Shown: one piece after another, positions 1 through 11,834 of the stretch
Layout: each line of letters starts with the position of its first letter
How positions within the stretch are numbered: the first letter of the stretch is position 1
Assembly (NCBI RefSeq): GCF_001194135.2
Contig: NC_068984.1
Coordinates: 48,099,142 to 48,137,984 of the forward strand
Length of the DNA: 38,843 bases
Reading direction: 5' to 3'
Origin: Octopus bimaculoides
Lineage: Eukaryota
The notes under the pieces: model-generated
The model's database searches: none
Told to the model about the DNA's origin: nothing
What the model saw: only the letters and a program-made list of their open reading frames with translations
Position numbers and translations under genes: made by a program

Positions 1-600
1 TTTTTGTACATGGTGTTTGGGTTCTGAGATGGTTTTGATATAACACGTGTGTTTTGATATAACACGTGTGTTTACGATCGCTGTGCGGGTAGTGGAGGTA
101 TCAAGTTAAAATACATCATTATATTTGGAAAAATAGAAATAAATTTCAATGAGTATTACTTACTCGGATATAGTCCAACCCTTTGTCAGCTATTTTTTGG
201 CTCCATGCGATGTCTTTATTTCTGATGCTTTTGGATAAATTTCGGAGCAGTGATTTATCGTTCTTACATGTTAAACATCCCCGGTGTAATTTCTCTTAAA
301 CATCCCCGGTGGAGTATTTTAACACCACCGCGTCATGGAATATACTACACCGTCCATTAACAAGTGCGACCCTGATACACATCCTGATACCTGATTGATT
401 TCATTCCCATCCTTTCCGGAAACTCTTGACCTCCTCTATATTTTGTATAGATGTTCACATGCGTGTGTGCTACCGTCTTTATTTATAGATCTGGACGTAC
501 ACGGCCGCTCTCACATGATATAATTAGCCATTTAATAAATTCAGATTAAAGGAAATCCTTACAATTATTCCAAAGCTAATTGCAAGGGACACAGCAAATA

Positions 601-832
601 GGATTTTCTTATAAGTTACCTCCCATGATCTTTATCTTTATCCCTAAATCGTGTCACGTGTAATTTCTCACCCAAGAGAGAAACGAGTACCAATGTCCCA
701 TGTGGAAGGCTTAATAATTGTCGAAAGCTTTCTTTCCGCATGAAACCAATGGCTCCATTTTTAATACAGAAACAAAGTATATTTATCCACCTACGTGATG
801 TTGTTCACATATTCTCGGTGTTCGATATTAAC
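601..832. repeat. Diverged dispersed repeat, copy 1 (homologous to 8585-8834)
   Basis: Collinear shared blocks with 8585-8834: GATTTTC..ATAAGTTACC(T/A)CCCATGA; TCTC..CCAA..GAG.ACG..TACCAA; ATAATTGT; TATCCAC.TA; GTTCGATAT(T/C)AAC. Confidence 0.6.
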
Positions 833-915
833 ACAGACAGATACACAGATAGACAGACACACGCGCGCGCATACACACACACAAACACAGACTAGTGAAA
901 TATAATTCAATACAA

Positions 916-960
<45 letters not shown>

Positions 961-1852
961 TTATCTTTAATCGACTGAGAATGAGAAAAATGGTTCAATT
1001 GAGGAGAGGCTCAAGGACGGCATTTATCAAAGCGCAGTGTCCGAAAGTTTTAGTTCTTTTTGTGACACTTTAAACCTTCTACCCAACAAAATATTTCAGC
1101 CTCTACGTACATAAGTGTGCGTACGAGTGTGTGTGATTTTCTATGTCATTACCCAATTATACCTAAGGTGCATGAATCGTTGCTCACACGGATAATATGT
1201 GGTAGAAAATAATAAAAGAAAATAAATACACAGAGAAAGCTCGCCCACGGGAAACATACAGCTGAATATCGTCCACATAAAGTCAGATACATGGAAGTAT
1301 GCATATGTATTCTCCCCTTCTATCTATCAATTTATTATTTTATTATTTCTTTTTACTCATTCTTAAAGCAAAAGCACATAAAAACACCCTACAGAAATCT
1401 ATCCATCCATCGAGATATATGTGTGTGCGTGAGTGCTTGCGTGCATACGTGTGCATGTGTGTGTGTGAGTGAGAGAGTGTGTCTGCGCGTGTGTATTTAT
1501 ATATGTATCTATATATGTGTGTGAATATACACGTATATTATATGATTAAACATATTCTATTTCAGTTGTAGATGTAAAGTGACAGATAAGCGTGGGCGGT
1601 TTTGGATGAGCAAGGCCAATGTTTAGAGAAAAGGCCGTTCATTTATGGACGTCCAATGCAGGGAAAGATGGATGTGTATTCGAAATATTCATAGAACGTT
1701 TATAGAATTATATTTCAGCTGCTCTGCTTTCACAGTAGCAAAACGAGCGGGTTACGTTGTTTCGGTTAAGCTGACCTAACTAAATCGCGCCGTCAAGGAA
1801 TCGCGAGAAATATTGGCTCGTAGATCACACGTAGACACCCATTCTACAGGCT

Positions 1853-2256
1853 TATGCATATTTGCAGGGTGTACGTACGTGCGTATGTATGTACGTATGT
1901 ATGAATGTATGTATGTATGCATGCTTGTATATATGTATGTATGTATGAATGTATGTATGTATGCATGCTTGTATATATGTATGTATGTATGATTGTATTA
2001 TGTGTATATATGTATATATATATATATATATATATANNNNNNNNNNNNNNNNNNNNNNNNNNNNNNNNNNNNNNNNNNNNNNNNNNNNNNNNNNNNNNNN
2101 NNNNNNNNNNNNNNNNNNNNNNNNNNNNNNNNNNNNNNNNNNNNNNNNNNNNNNNNNNNNNNNNNNNNNNNNNNNNNNNNNNNNNNNNNNNNNNNNNNNN
2201 NNNNNNNNNNNNNNNNNNNNNNNNNNNNNNNNNNNNNNNNNNNNNNNNNNNNNNNN

Positions 2257-2305
<49 letters not shown>

Positions 2306-2336
2306 TATATACACATATATATACACATATATAAAC
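1853..2336. repeat. Compound (TATG)n/(TA)n microsatellite spanning gap 2037-2256
   Basis: Read directly from the sequence; source of the MYVC/YIYI pseudo-ORFs. Confidence 0.95.
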
Positions 2337-3352
2337 ATGTATCAACGCCTCTGTGCAAGTATATACGTACATATGCATATATTATGGGTTAGTGACTGTG
2401 CGGGTGCGTGTGCGTGTACTTGTTCGTGTGTGTGTTTGTTTATACACGCATATATGTTTATAAAGAGAGGAAAGGGTGAGAGAAAGAAAAGTTTACGTAC
2501 ATAAACGTACAGATACACACGGACACGCAAGCATACACTCACATTTACACATAGCAACAGACACTTAACTCGTATACGTAAGCATGTGTGTAATATCCAC
2601 ATTTATATGATATTAACTGTTTCCTCATAGGCATACAGATACAATGTTTAAACCACTCTGTCAGAGATGTGGACAATTAGTACCTCTTCACCAACGTTAA
2701 TTTCCTTTCTACATGGCCGACAAAAATGCATGTATAATGTTGATTCATTCTGTTTGCCAATAAATAGATGCCATGTACAGTTCAAATTTATGGTCACCCT
2801 ACAAGTTTGTAGTCTTATTGCGTAGGGATAAAATCGATAGTTACTCTGTAATAATGGGAAGTATTACTATTGTGTAACCAATCTAAGCGAAAGAAAACAT
2901 TTCTAGATTTAGTTACCCATGTATTCTTATATGCACCACACTGCGGAACCCCTACAGTTTCAATACAGGGGTACATTTTCTAGAAATATACTTTCTGTAT
3001 TGAAATTTCTCTCATAGTACATCGAAGAATTAACGTAAAGAAGAACATATTTCACCAGGTGAAACTACATCTAAATACTGAGTTGTTATGCTAGAAATTA
3101 TTTAATCTGCTCTATCATATATAAAACTACACAAAATCAAAATGATCATATGCATAAACACTTCTGATAGTTACCATTCGATATTCATTCAGCATGTTAC
3201 CCACCATATCGAATGCTAAACTCATACCTCACCTCTTCTCTCACTAGTAGGACTCATAAAATACTCAATAACCTTTTATTTATCATCCCGGCCTTTAAGC
3301 AATAACATTTTACACCAAACATCAGTTGATCTGTGCCCATGAGTAGGGCGTC

Positions 3353-3353
<1 letters not shown>

Positions 3354-3386
<33 letters not shown>
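3354..3386. repeat. (ATT)n microsatellite
   Basis: Read directly from the sequence. Confidence 0.95.
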
Positions 3387-4682
3387 TGTGTGTGTGTTTG
3401 CGTGTGTGTGTCTCTGTGTGTGCTTTATTCCTAAAAGCAAATAATTATGATTATTATTGGCGAGAAGTAATACGTAGATATGATACTAAAAGAATATTAA
3501 TCGCTTTACTTTCACTGTAATCAGAAGTGTTGGGACAGCAATTTCAAACACTTTAACGCAATGATCTTTAGTAGCAGTAAACCTGGGGGAAATTTTTACA
3601 AGAGGCTTAGAAAAAAATGGTGTCACATTTAAATATGAGTCTATATGTATGTAAAATACATATAAAAATAAATATAAAAATAAAAATAGAGAGAAAGTGG
3701 GATGGAGAGAGAGAATGAGAGAGACGGAGATTGAGATATACCGTAAAGCTACACAAACAATGATTATTTGGGTATCGTATAATGAAATGAAATGATGGCA
3801 AAGCCATCTACGTTCAAAAGCTGTCAGCGTGATTTGTCTTGTTCGCTGTAATTTAATGAAACATGTGACATGCCATCAGTAATTTCCGCTTTCTACAATA
3901 GTTAACAAGAATATTTTCTTCGTATAATTACGTGTATACATGCATCCATAAAGAGTAAAGTGTTTTGCTATTGGCAGGGCGGAGATCTACTGTGTAAGCA
4001 CACACAATCACATACACAGAGAAATACACACCGCACACACACACACACACAAACACACAGAGACTCAAAGACACAGATGCACACAGACACCTACAGGCAG
4101 TTATTCTTTAGCTGGCTTCAGTCATTACACTGCTGCCATGATCGAGGACACTGCCTACAAAGACTTAGGTCATCATGCTGTGTTTTGTACTTATTAGAAT
4201 ATAGTACTTTATCTCATAAATCTCCATTTATTCAGTGGATAAAACACTATATTTTGTTTAAAAGAACAAAACTTGTTGCAGCTGTTTACACAAGTAACCT
4301 TATATATAGAATCTCTCACATATACAGGCGAAGTCACACACAGATACATACACCACCATCACCAGGCAAACACACTTATGCATATAGCCTCACTTGCGTA
4401 CACACATGTGTGTATTAATGGTAAATAATTTTTCTTTTAAATGTGAATCGAAAACCATCTGTGTTCCAGAGTTTTATAGTTTTTATCAAGATTATTTTTC
4501 ATATTTTTAGATGATTTCTCCACAATATACTGGAAACATTAACGCTCCCATATCATTCGCCCACAACAGTGTTTGAATATATTAAGATCACTTTTAGTCA
4601 CTCGTGAGCAAGTCTACGCTTCATCACTAATTCAAATCTGAACTGAATTGAACGCATTTTTTTTATAGCTATAATGGTCCAG

Positions 4683-4840
4683 TACTAAACTATGTATGGA
4701 GATGACATAACTGAAATTTGTTACTAAACTATGTATGGAGATGACATAACTGAAATGTGTTACTAAACTATGTATGGAGATGACATAACTGAAATTTGTT
4801 ACTAAACTATGTATGGAGATGACATAACTGAAATTTGTTA
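4683..4840. repeat. 39-bp minisatellite, 4 copies
   Basis: Unit TACTAAACTATGTATGGAGATGACATAACTGAAATTTGT at 4683, 4722, 4761 and 4800; one substitution in copy 2. Confidence 0.95.
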
Positions 4841-6002
4841 GATCAAAATATGTGAGGTCAAAAATGGGAAAAAATCGAATTTGAATCAAAATATCTGTTA
4901 TTTTAAGAGAAACGTAGAGATGAATTGGGTTTAGAAAATTGTACTCATTGAAAAGACTCTTTGTGTGAATACATTTCGCCAAAAATATATTAGTCAAGGA
5001 AAAAAGTAGTGTGGCTTTAAGTGGAGAAAAAATGGTAAGTAACCACCAAAATTGATTTTGAATCTATACATCAGTTGTAATCAAAGGAAAGAAGTCTAGG
5101 AGAGAAGTCCAGCGATGAAACCTCGTCAAAAATATTAGCTACATAACAAGTGGTGTGACTATGAGCGACGAAAAGAAAGTGATCATTTAGACAAATCAAA
5201 ATATGTTCATCATTTTAAGATATTTAGCTTTATAAAAGGCAGTAACCTGACGTCAAGCCTCGTTCACCTCAATAGTTCATTGAATTTTTCCGGAACTTGA
5301 GTGATACGGTGTTCGACGTTTGTAATGCTTTTTCTTATTTCGACCTCCCAAGCTGAGTTCTGGATATCCCTTATTTTCTCTAAAATGCCAATTCACTCGG
5401 CGCTTCGCATTTTGTATATACAAATATACGTATTCAAATTGTCAAAACAAGTTCTTTATTTTTTTATGTTGCTGCTGTTAGTGAACATGTTTTTCACCGA
5501 TCAAAAGCCATAATGAATAGTAGTTTTGGCACAAAAAAAAAATGCAATGTGTGACAATTCCGCACTTTCATTTTGGAAAATATAGTATCAACAAAGGGGT
5601 TTCCTCCTGTTCATAAAAAATTTTCGGTGGATCCAGCCCCTATTTATGATAAAGATTCTGCAGAAAAATATTCAACACTTCATAGAACAATATACGGCTT
5701 GCAGATTGCGATGTTCAGTATCTAACTTCACTCTTTAATACTTGGTCGCTTGTTTTCAAATGCATTCATACAGCAAAAGTTTCTTCAGAATTTATGGAAA
5801 AGGAAAAAAATGACATAAACAAAAAATAACAATTTGGTTTTCCTAAGCCTCAAGGAAAATTCAATTTCTTTACTGTTGCTGAAAGTGTCAATTTAAGAAG
5901 AAATGAAAACGGTGTTAAAAAGCTTTATCAACTTACAAAAATTCATCTGAAAATTTCTTCAATGGTTGCAATCATTTTCTGCTTCTAATGTAGCTGGAAA
6001 AT

Positions 6003-6104
6003 GTTGACTGTTAGTATACTTAAGAAAACAGTATGCTATAGGTCAGATAAGTTGACCGTTAGTATACTGGAGGAAACAGAATGATATAGACGAGATAAAT
6101 GACT
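6003..6104. repeat. Diverged 48-bp tandem duplication (2 copies plus a stub)
   Basis: GTTGAC(T/C)GTTAGTATACT..A.GAAAACAG.ATG.TATAG...AGATAA starts at 6003 and 6051. Confidence 0.8.
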
Positions 6105-6559
6105 ACCTAACAAACAAAACTTAAGAAAAATGAAGAAGTGGTTTGAAAAAAGTTGGATGAAAAACAACTTTTGAAACTGCCCATCAGATAGTGTATTAAC
6201 TTAAATTTAAAAAGAAATGCAATAAAAAATCAAAACAATATGAAAAACAAAAATGTAGACACACTATTTGATGAACAATATCAAAAATTTATTTAGAAAA
6301 TTCTATCTTCAGCAGCAGTATTTTGAGTTTTCACCTTTTTGTCCTGTAGTTTTAATAACTGATTTTCTTATACTTTTAAGATTCAGTACATAAGAATATT
6401 GTAGCATTCTGCACCCCCATTTTTCATTCTAGTAAAATCTTCATCAAAGAAATGAAAACCACTCCACACGGAGAAGAAACTATATTCCTCGGCCGTTTAC
6501 AATTTTCAGTCGACAGTGAACAGCCAAAGGTATTAGAGAGCATAGAGATTGTCGTTGCG

Positions 6560-7307
6560 ACAACGTTAGCAGATGAGGACAGGAAGGTGTCCAGGTGCAT
6601 GATGATGATTCACTCTGGCTATGAAAATGTCGACGTCATGACTACTGCTCAGTGTTCTGTGGACACAGTAAAGGTTGTAAGACACGACATGGACATCTGT
6701 AAACGGGTCTTTGAACTTGTGATGAGCAGGAAGGAACTCAGCATGGATCTAACTGCGTACACACACCAGGATTCATTCAGCAACTGGTGGACAGGTCATC
6801 AGATACAATTCAGACGGCTATATGAAGCTGCTTGGAATTGTGCTCGAACCATGGCTGCCAGGATGCCATATGTGTAGCAGCAGGATTCGACTTCAAGCAA
6901 TCCTTCTCGAAAGTGTCACAAGTGGTTGTAGGAGAATTTCAACAATTTCGCCAGCCCAGATTTCTGCCCTTCAGATATTTCTGATTGTAATCCAATGGAT
7001 TATTGTGTGTATGGAGGGGGAAGAGTCGGTTATCAAGCACATGAACTGCCCTGACTTCATTTCGAAAGCCGAGCTGATTGATCGCCAAGATCAAGGTGTT
7101 AGCAGATCTTCCCAGAGACAGTGAGGTTCAGGTACACCAGATTCTGTCGGTGACGGAAGCTGAGGGTGGCTCCTTTAAGTATAGTATTATCTCCTAGGCA
7201 TAATTTGGTTAATAAGTTTTGACTTTTTAAATTCGTTTAATTTGGATAACATATTACTTTTCATTTACTTTCATGTAAATTGTAAAAGTTAACCCCCGAA
7301 TTCCCTG
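6560..7307 (+). mobile_element. Internally deleted, decayed Tc1/mariner-superfamily transposon, DD37D (maT-type)
   Basis: HTH-like N-terminus (MMMIHSGYENVDVMTTAQCSVDTVKVVRH...CVHTPGFIQQ) is joined to the catalytic C-terminus (NSDGYMKLL..LEPW; PYV*QQDS..KWL*ENF..SDCNPMDY; KAELI; EAEGG). There are 37 codons between D at 6884 and D at 6998. Stops and frameshifts are present. Possible right end CCCTG|TA at 7303-7309; left TIR not found. Confidence 0.8.
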
Positions 7308-7327
7308 TATCCATCCAACCATCCGTT

Positions 7328-7352
7328 CATATATATATATATATATATATAT

Positions 7353-7415
<63 letters not shown>

Positions 7416-7471
7416 CATACATACATGCATACATACATACACACACACACATACACACACACATATATATA
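7328..7471. repeat. Compound (AT)n(AGAT)n(ACAT)n(AC)n microsatellite
   Basis: Read directly from the sequence. Confidence 0.95.
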
Positions 7472-7564
7472 TGTCCAATCTGCTTTGTTGAATCTCGTTG
7501 GCTGTATACTATACAATTCTGGTACGATCCCCTCTATAATATGATTGTAGCCTCGAACATAACT

Positions 7565-8075
7565 AGAAAAGTCATGAAACTCATAGATCACTACTTTTCT
7601 TCACTCACGTAAATACAAAAAAGTTAGCTATATTTACCTACTCAATATATGCGTAATCATTTTCAAACAAAATGAAACTTTCAGAAGCATCTTCCAAAGA
7701 TCTTATAATTTTAGATCTCAGGACAGTTGTCATATGAACGATAGGTGCTTGGAAAACGACTTAGTGTACCCGACCAACATTAAGGATTTCAATAGAACAG
7801 CAAACTCTTTCAATGGATTCAGGGAAAACACATTAAAAAAAATCTTTATCCGATATGGTATGGACACTTAGAGAGGTGTGAGCAACCCACAAATAGACTG
7901 GAGCATTATAACTAAAGCCATAAAATACAGGGAACAGAGATGCAAATATGAAACCTGCATTACCGGAAAGCTAAATATTATAACATCAATTGGGAATCTT
8001 TTAGACATTGAGGCGGAAACATACTATCATTGCATGCACAAGCAACAATTCATACTTCAAAAAATTTAAAGCAGG
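7565..8075 (+). mobile_element. Decayed Penelope-like retroelement fragment (linker plus GIY-YIG endonuclease)
   Basis: Frameshifted pieces KLIDHYF; VSY; CHMNDRCLENDLVY; LSDMVWTL; IDWSIITKAIKY..CITGKLNII..NLLD..CMHKQQFIL. They are collinear with the PLE ORF at 25202-26041 and with the recalled PLE pattern (LSKYIW; WSI..KA.PY; C.LC..EK; LLNK). Confidence 0.75.
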
Positions 8076-8584
8076 ACAACTCCCAGCAACCCACTTTGTC
8101 ACACCTTGGGTAATTTCTCCTCTAGGCATCGATTATATGCATTATAAAAATATTATGCTAAAGAACCCCACAAAATTATGCTGGATTCCCTCATTACACA
8201 GACATATGTGCATTGTACATATTCTTAACATCGCATGATTCACAGAAGAGTTATATATTTACAGAAGCTTGTGAATTCACATCCCCATAGACTAAGCATG
8301 GTATCAAAATGTGTAAAGCATCTTAATTATGTGCACATACACAAACTCAAACACAATGCATAATGGTAGGTGTGTGTATGTATAAATGTATTGTCGTGTG
8401 GGAGTGTGGGAGTGTGCGTGCATATGTTTTGCATGAACGTGCATGTGCACATATATACGAGTTTTATTTATAGATTTGTACGTGCATGAGTGTTCTTACA
8501 GAAAATTAATAAGGAAGATGTCAACCCAGGTAAACGCAGTTCCTGACAAAAGTTCCCGGAATAAAGCAGGAGAGACAACAATTA

Positions 8585-8834
8585 AGATTTTCATAAGTTA
8601 CCACCCATGACTTTTGTATTTATTTATTGATTCCACAATCGCATATGTAGCTTCGAGCATTCTCCTCCAAAATGGAGACGTCTACCAACGTTCTCGCATG
8701 ACAGATTGATAATTGTTTATATATTCTCATTCCCAGAAACAACTGGTAGTCTTGTTAACTCCCTCTTCCCCCCAAAAAGGACATCTATCCACTTATGCTG
8801 TGATGAGCACCCATTCCCATCGTTCGATATCAAC
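8585..8834. repeat. Diverged dispersed repeat, copy 2 (homologous to 601-832)
   Basis: See copy 1; same orientation, and both copies run into a microsatellite at the right end. Confidence 0.6.
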
Positions 8835-9399
8835 TTATATATATGTATGTATATATGTATATATGTATATATNNNNNNNNNNNNNNNNNNNNNNNNNNNN
8901 NNNNNNNNNNNNNNNNNNNNNNNNNNNNNNNNNNNNNNNNNNNNNNNNNNNNNNNNNNNNNNNNNNNNNNNNNNNNNNNNNNNNNNNNNNNNNNNNNNNN
9001 NNNNNNNNNNNNNNNNNNNNNNNNNNNNNNNNNNNNTATATATATATATATATATATCAAGTGCTAGTGGTGTTAGACTTTTGCTTTTAGGAATTAGCGG
9101 CTTTAAAAGACTATTAGCGACGCTGTTATATTAAAAATCACTGTCTTTAAAATGAATGTTTCGTAGAATATTATAAGGTAGCTATCAGGCGACCCAATTG
9201 TTCATCAAAGGAGTCATTAGAGGGAAATATGAGAGACTAGGTTGATTATTATATTATTTACATTTAACAAAAACATGATATTATAAAAAGCAATTAGAAT
9301 TATTTACGCCGTGAGGAATTTGATAATTCGGTGATATTTAAAACGACGTCAGATAATAGATATCTCTCCGGAATTCATTAATATTAGTTGACATTATTA

Positions 9400-10250
9400 A
9401 AATAAGTGTTATATGAGAGATATAGAGAAATGATGCGATAGATGAAGATAAGTGGTTGCCCCATATACTTGATCATTAATAACAATAACTTTTATGCATT
9501 TCTAACCATTAACTATCTTAAATTCCTTCCATTTGCTTTTCCTTACTCCTTCTGTTAAACCCCGTATAACATAATTCCAGACACAATCTGTATTAATAAG
9601 AATAACCACATTTTGGCACAGTTGGTCAATAATATTATCTATATGATAAATACTAGACGATTTCACAATGCACTCCCTGACACGATACCAATTTCATCTA
9701 TGAGTATTTCCACATTAAACTGACAACCAACTTTATACAATAAATGCAATATAATATATGTTGTCCTACCTTTCTTACCTTTTTGACCTCTTCAATCTCA
9801 AATTCTATAAAACACTGAAAAGTTACTTTTATGCTCCACAAGAGTGAAACCATGATATTCAAAGATATGCATCCTGTTTTGAAACCCCAATTTAATCAGT
9901 GCACTTGCATCCTCCACTTCTATTAGTATTAGAAAACATATTTTATAGATAAGTAACATATAATGCATAATATTACATCAACAATTCTTACAATGCAGTA
10001 TGCGATCACAATTATAATTTCTGTTGCTATTTAAAAAGAATATTTAGTTGCTTTGAGTTTTATTTTCTAACATAGTAACATAAACCTTGTATTAAACCAG
10101 TTTCTCAAAAACGACATCATTTAATTATACATTGGTTGTATTAACGTCACTTATACAAATCTCGTGTTTAAATACCTAATCGCTAACCCAAGCACTTATC
10201 TTCCACAATGACCCTCTTCCTATACAGCGCCCATACGTTATTTCTATTAG
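9400..10250 (-). mobile_element. Possible very old L1/Tx1-type LINE 3' remnant
   Basis: Minus-strand fragments in the expected order: LV*YKVYVTMLENK; KICFL..EVEDASALIK (resembles a degenerate CCHC region); VRECIVKS; RKSKWKEF. Many stops and frameshifts; weak evidence. Confidence 0.3.
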
Positions 10251-11019
10251 CTATACCGTGTACCATTAATCACAATTTCGGAGAGATATCATCTGACAGT
10301 TTTCTTAGAGAAAACCTATCAAAGTGATATAGTACTAATTTATCAACCACAACTAGGCTTAATTCTAATTTATTCTTATCTTATTTCTAAGGTAAATCAT
10401 CTGACGTTATACACTTAAAGTAGTCTCAAATATTTCCTCCTAAATAGTTCTCCGTCTGTATCGATGATGAATATTCAGTTGTTATATCAGCAGAACAGCC
10501 TGTCTGTTGAATTAGAGTCTACGTAGCTGAGTATTTCGCAGAGACTTATACCATTGACGTACGTTGTAGGCGAATATCTGATATGTTATGACCGCTAAAT
10601 TACTGGTAACACCAATGTGATGGTCTACCAACAATTGCCATTCACGGGGGTTGAATTGACTGAGAGTATGACAGAAGACACACAAGACACCACGCTTTGG
10701 GAACAAATCTCGATCGAAGTATTGGCGAACTTCACTTCTTAACCGTTGAGCTACTTCATTAAATATTTTCTCTCAAAACTTCTAACTATATATCTAACTA
10801 ATATCTATCTATATATTGCTTTCTCTAATTATATTCCTTTCTTAAGCCGCCCAGTTGGATAATTTATACAACATTGACTATTGTTAACGTATCTCATATA
10901 TTATTATTTAAATAGCTAAGATTTTCAATATAAAGGCATCTTTGTAATGCAGCACACTACTCACTGCTTCACACACACACACACAACACACAAACACAAA
11001 CGCACACACGTGTGTATGT

Positions 11020-11032
11020 ATATATGTGTATG

Positions 11033-11097
<65 letters not shown>

Positions 11098-11152
11098 GTG
11101 TGTGTGTGTATATATATATATATGTATATATATGTATGTACGTATGTATGTA
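11020..11152. repeat. (TA)n/(TG)n/(TATG)n microsatellite
   Basis: Read directly from the sequence. Confidence 0.95.
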
Positions 11153-11834
11153 TAGCGTGTTTGAAGTGGTGTACAGATATGGTATATTGAGAAAAAGAAA
11201 GCAGCCAGAATTATGGATAATTCTTTACTAGTGCTTATCTTCGTTTATCGAACTTGTCAAAACAAAATCAAAATTGATCTTGATTTTGTCTTGGCGAGTT
11301 CAATAAACGAACGAAAGCACTCAATAAATAGAAAATACATCAAATACTAAAAAGCGTTACACATAGGACAAACACGGAAACCCTAATGCTTCATCAGTTA
11401 TCGACCAAAATACTAAAGCTCAGTTTCATGCCTTTAATGATAAGACTGAAAACTTCGCATATCGGCCGCACCCGCAAAGGTTGCGGAGAATTAGAGCTCC
11501 AGCAAACAAAACGATACGGACTGGAAGTACGAAAGTAAAAAAATGTAATTTGAAACGATTGACAAAGACGGAATAAAAATGGCCTTTCGGCTAAGCAACG
11601 GTCGATGATGTGTAACAGCTGGAAAAAATCATGAATGGATGAAGAGGTAGATTTGAACCGGCAAGCTAAGCTTCCGATTACAAAAAGCAGAGAGATGGGA
11701 AAAGTAGTCTCTCTAATGTGTGCATGCATGTATGTATGTATGATATACATAAATAAACAGGAGATATATGAGTGTGCACAAGTTTCATGACCGTTAAAAA
11801 TTCCTAGTTTGTTAATGATATACTTTTGTATATT

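Noticed and set aside
4683-4840. 39-bp repeats as a CRISPR array
   Set aside because: Units are head-to-tail with no spacers, the context is eukaryotic, and there are no cas genes.
5300-5641. Possible hAT transposase C-terminus (IHSALRIL; AAVSEHVF) and hAT-like end GGATCCAGCCCCT
   Set aside because: Only short matches in different frames and no partner TIR found; too weak to call without a search.
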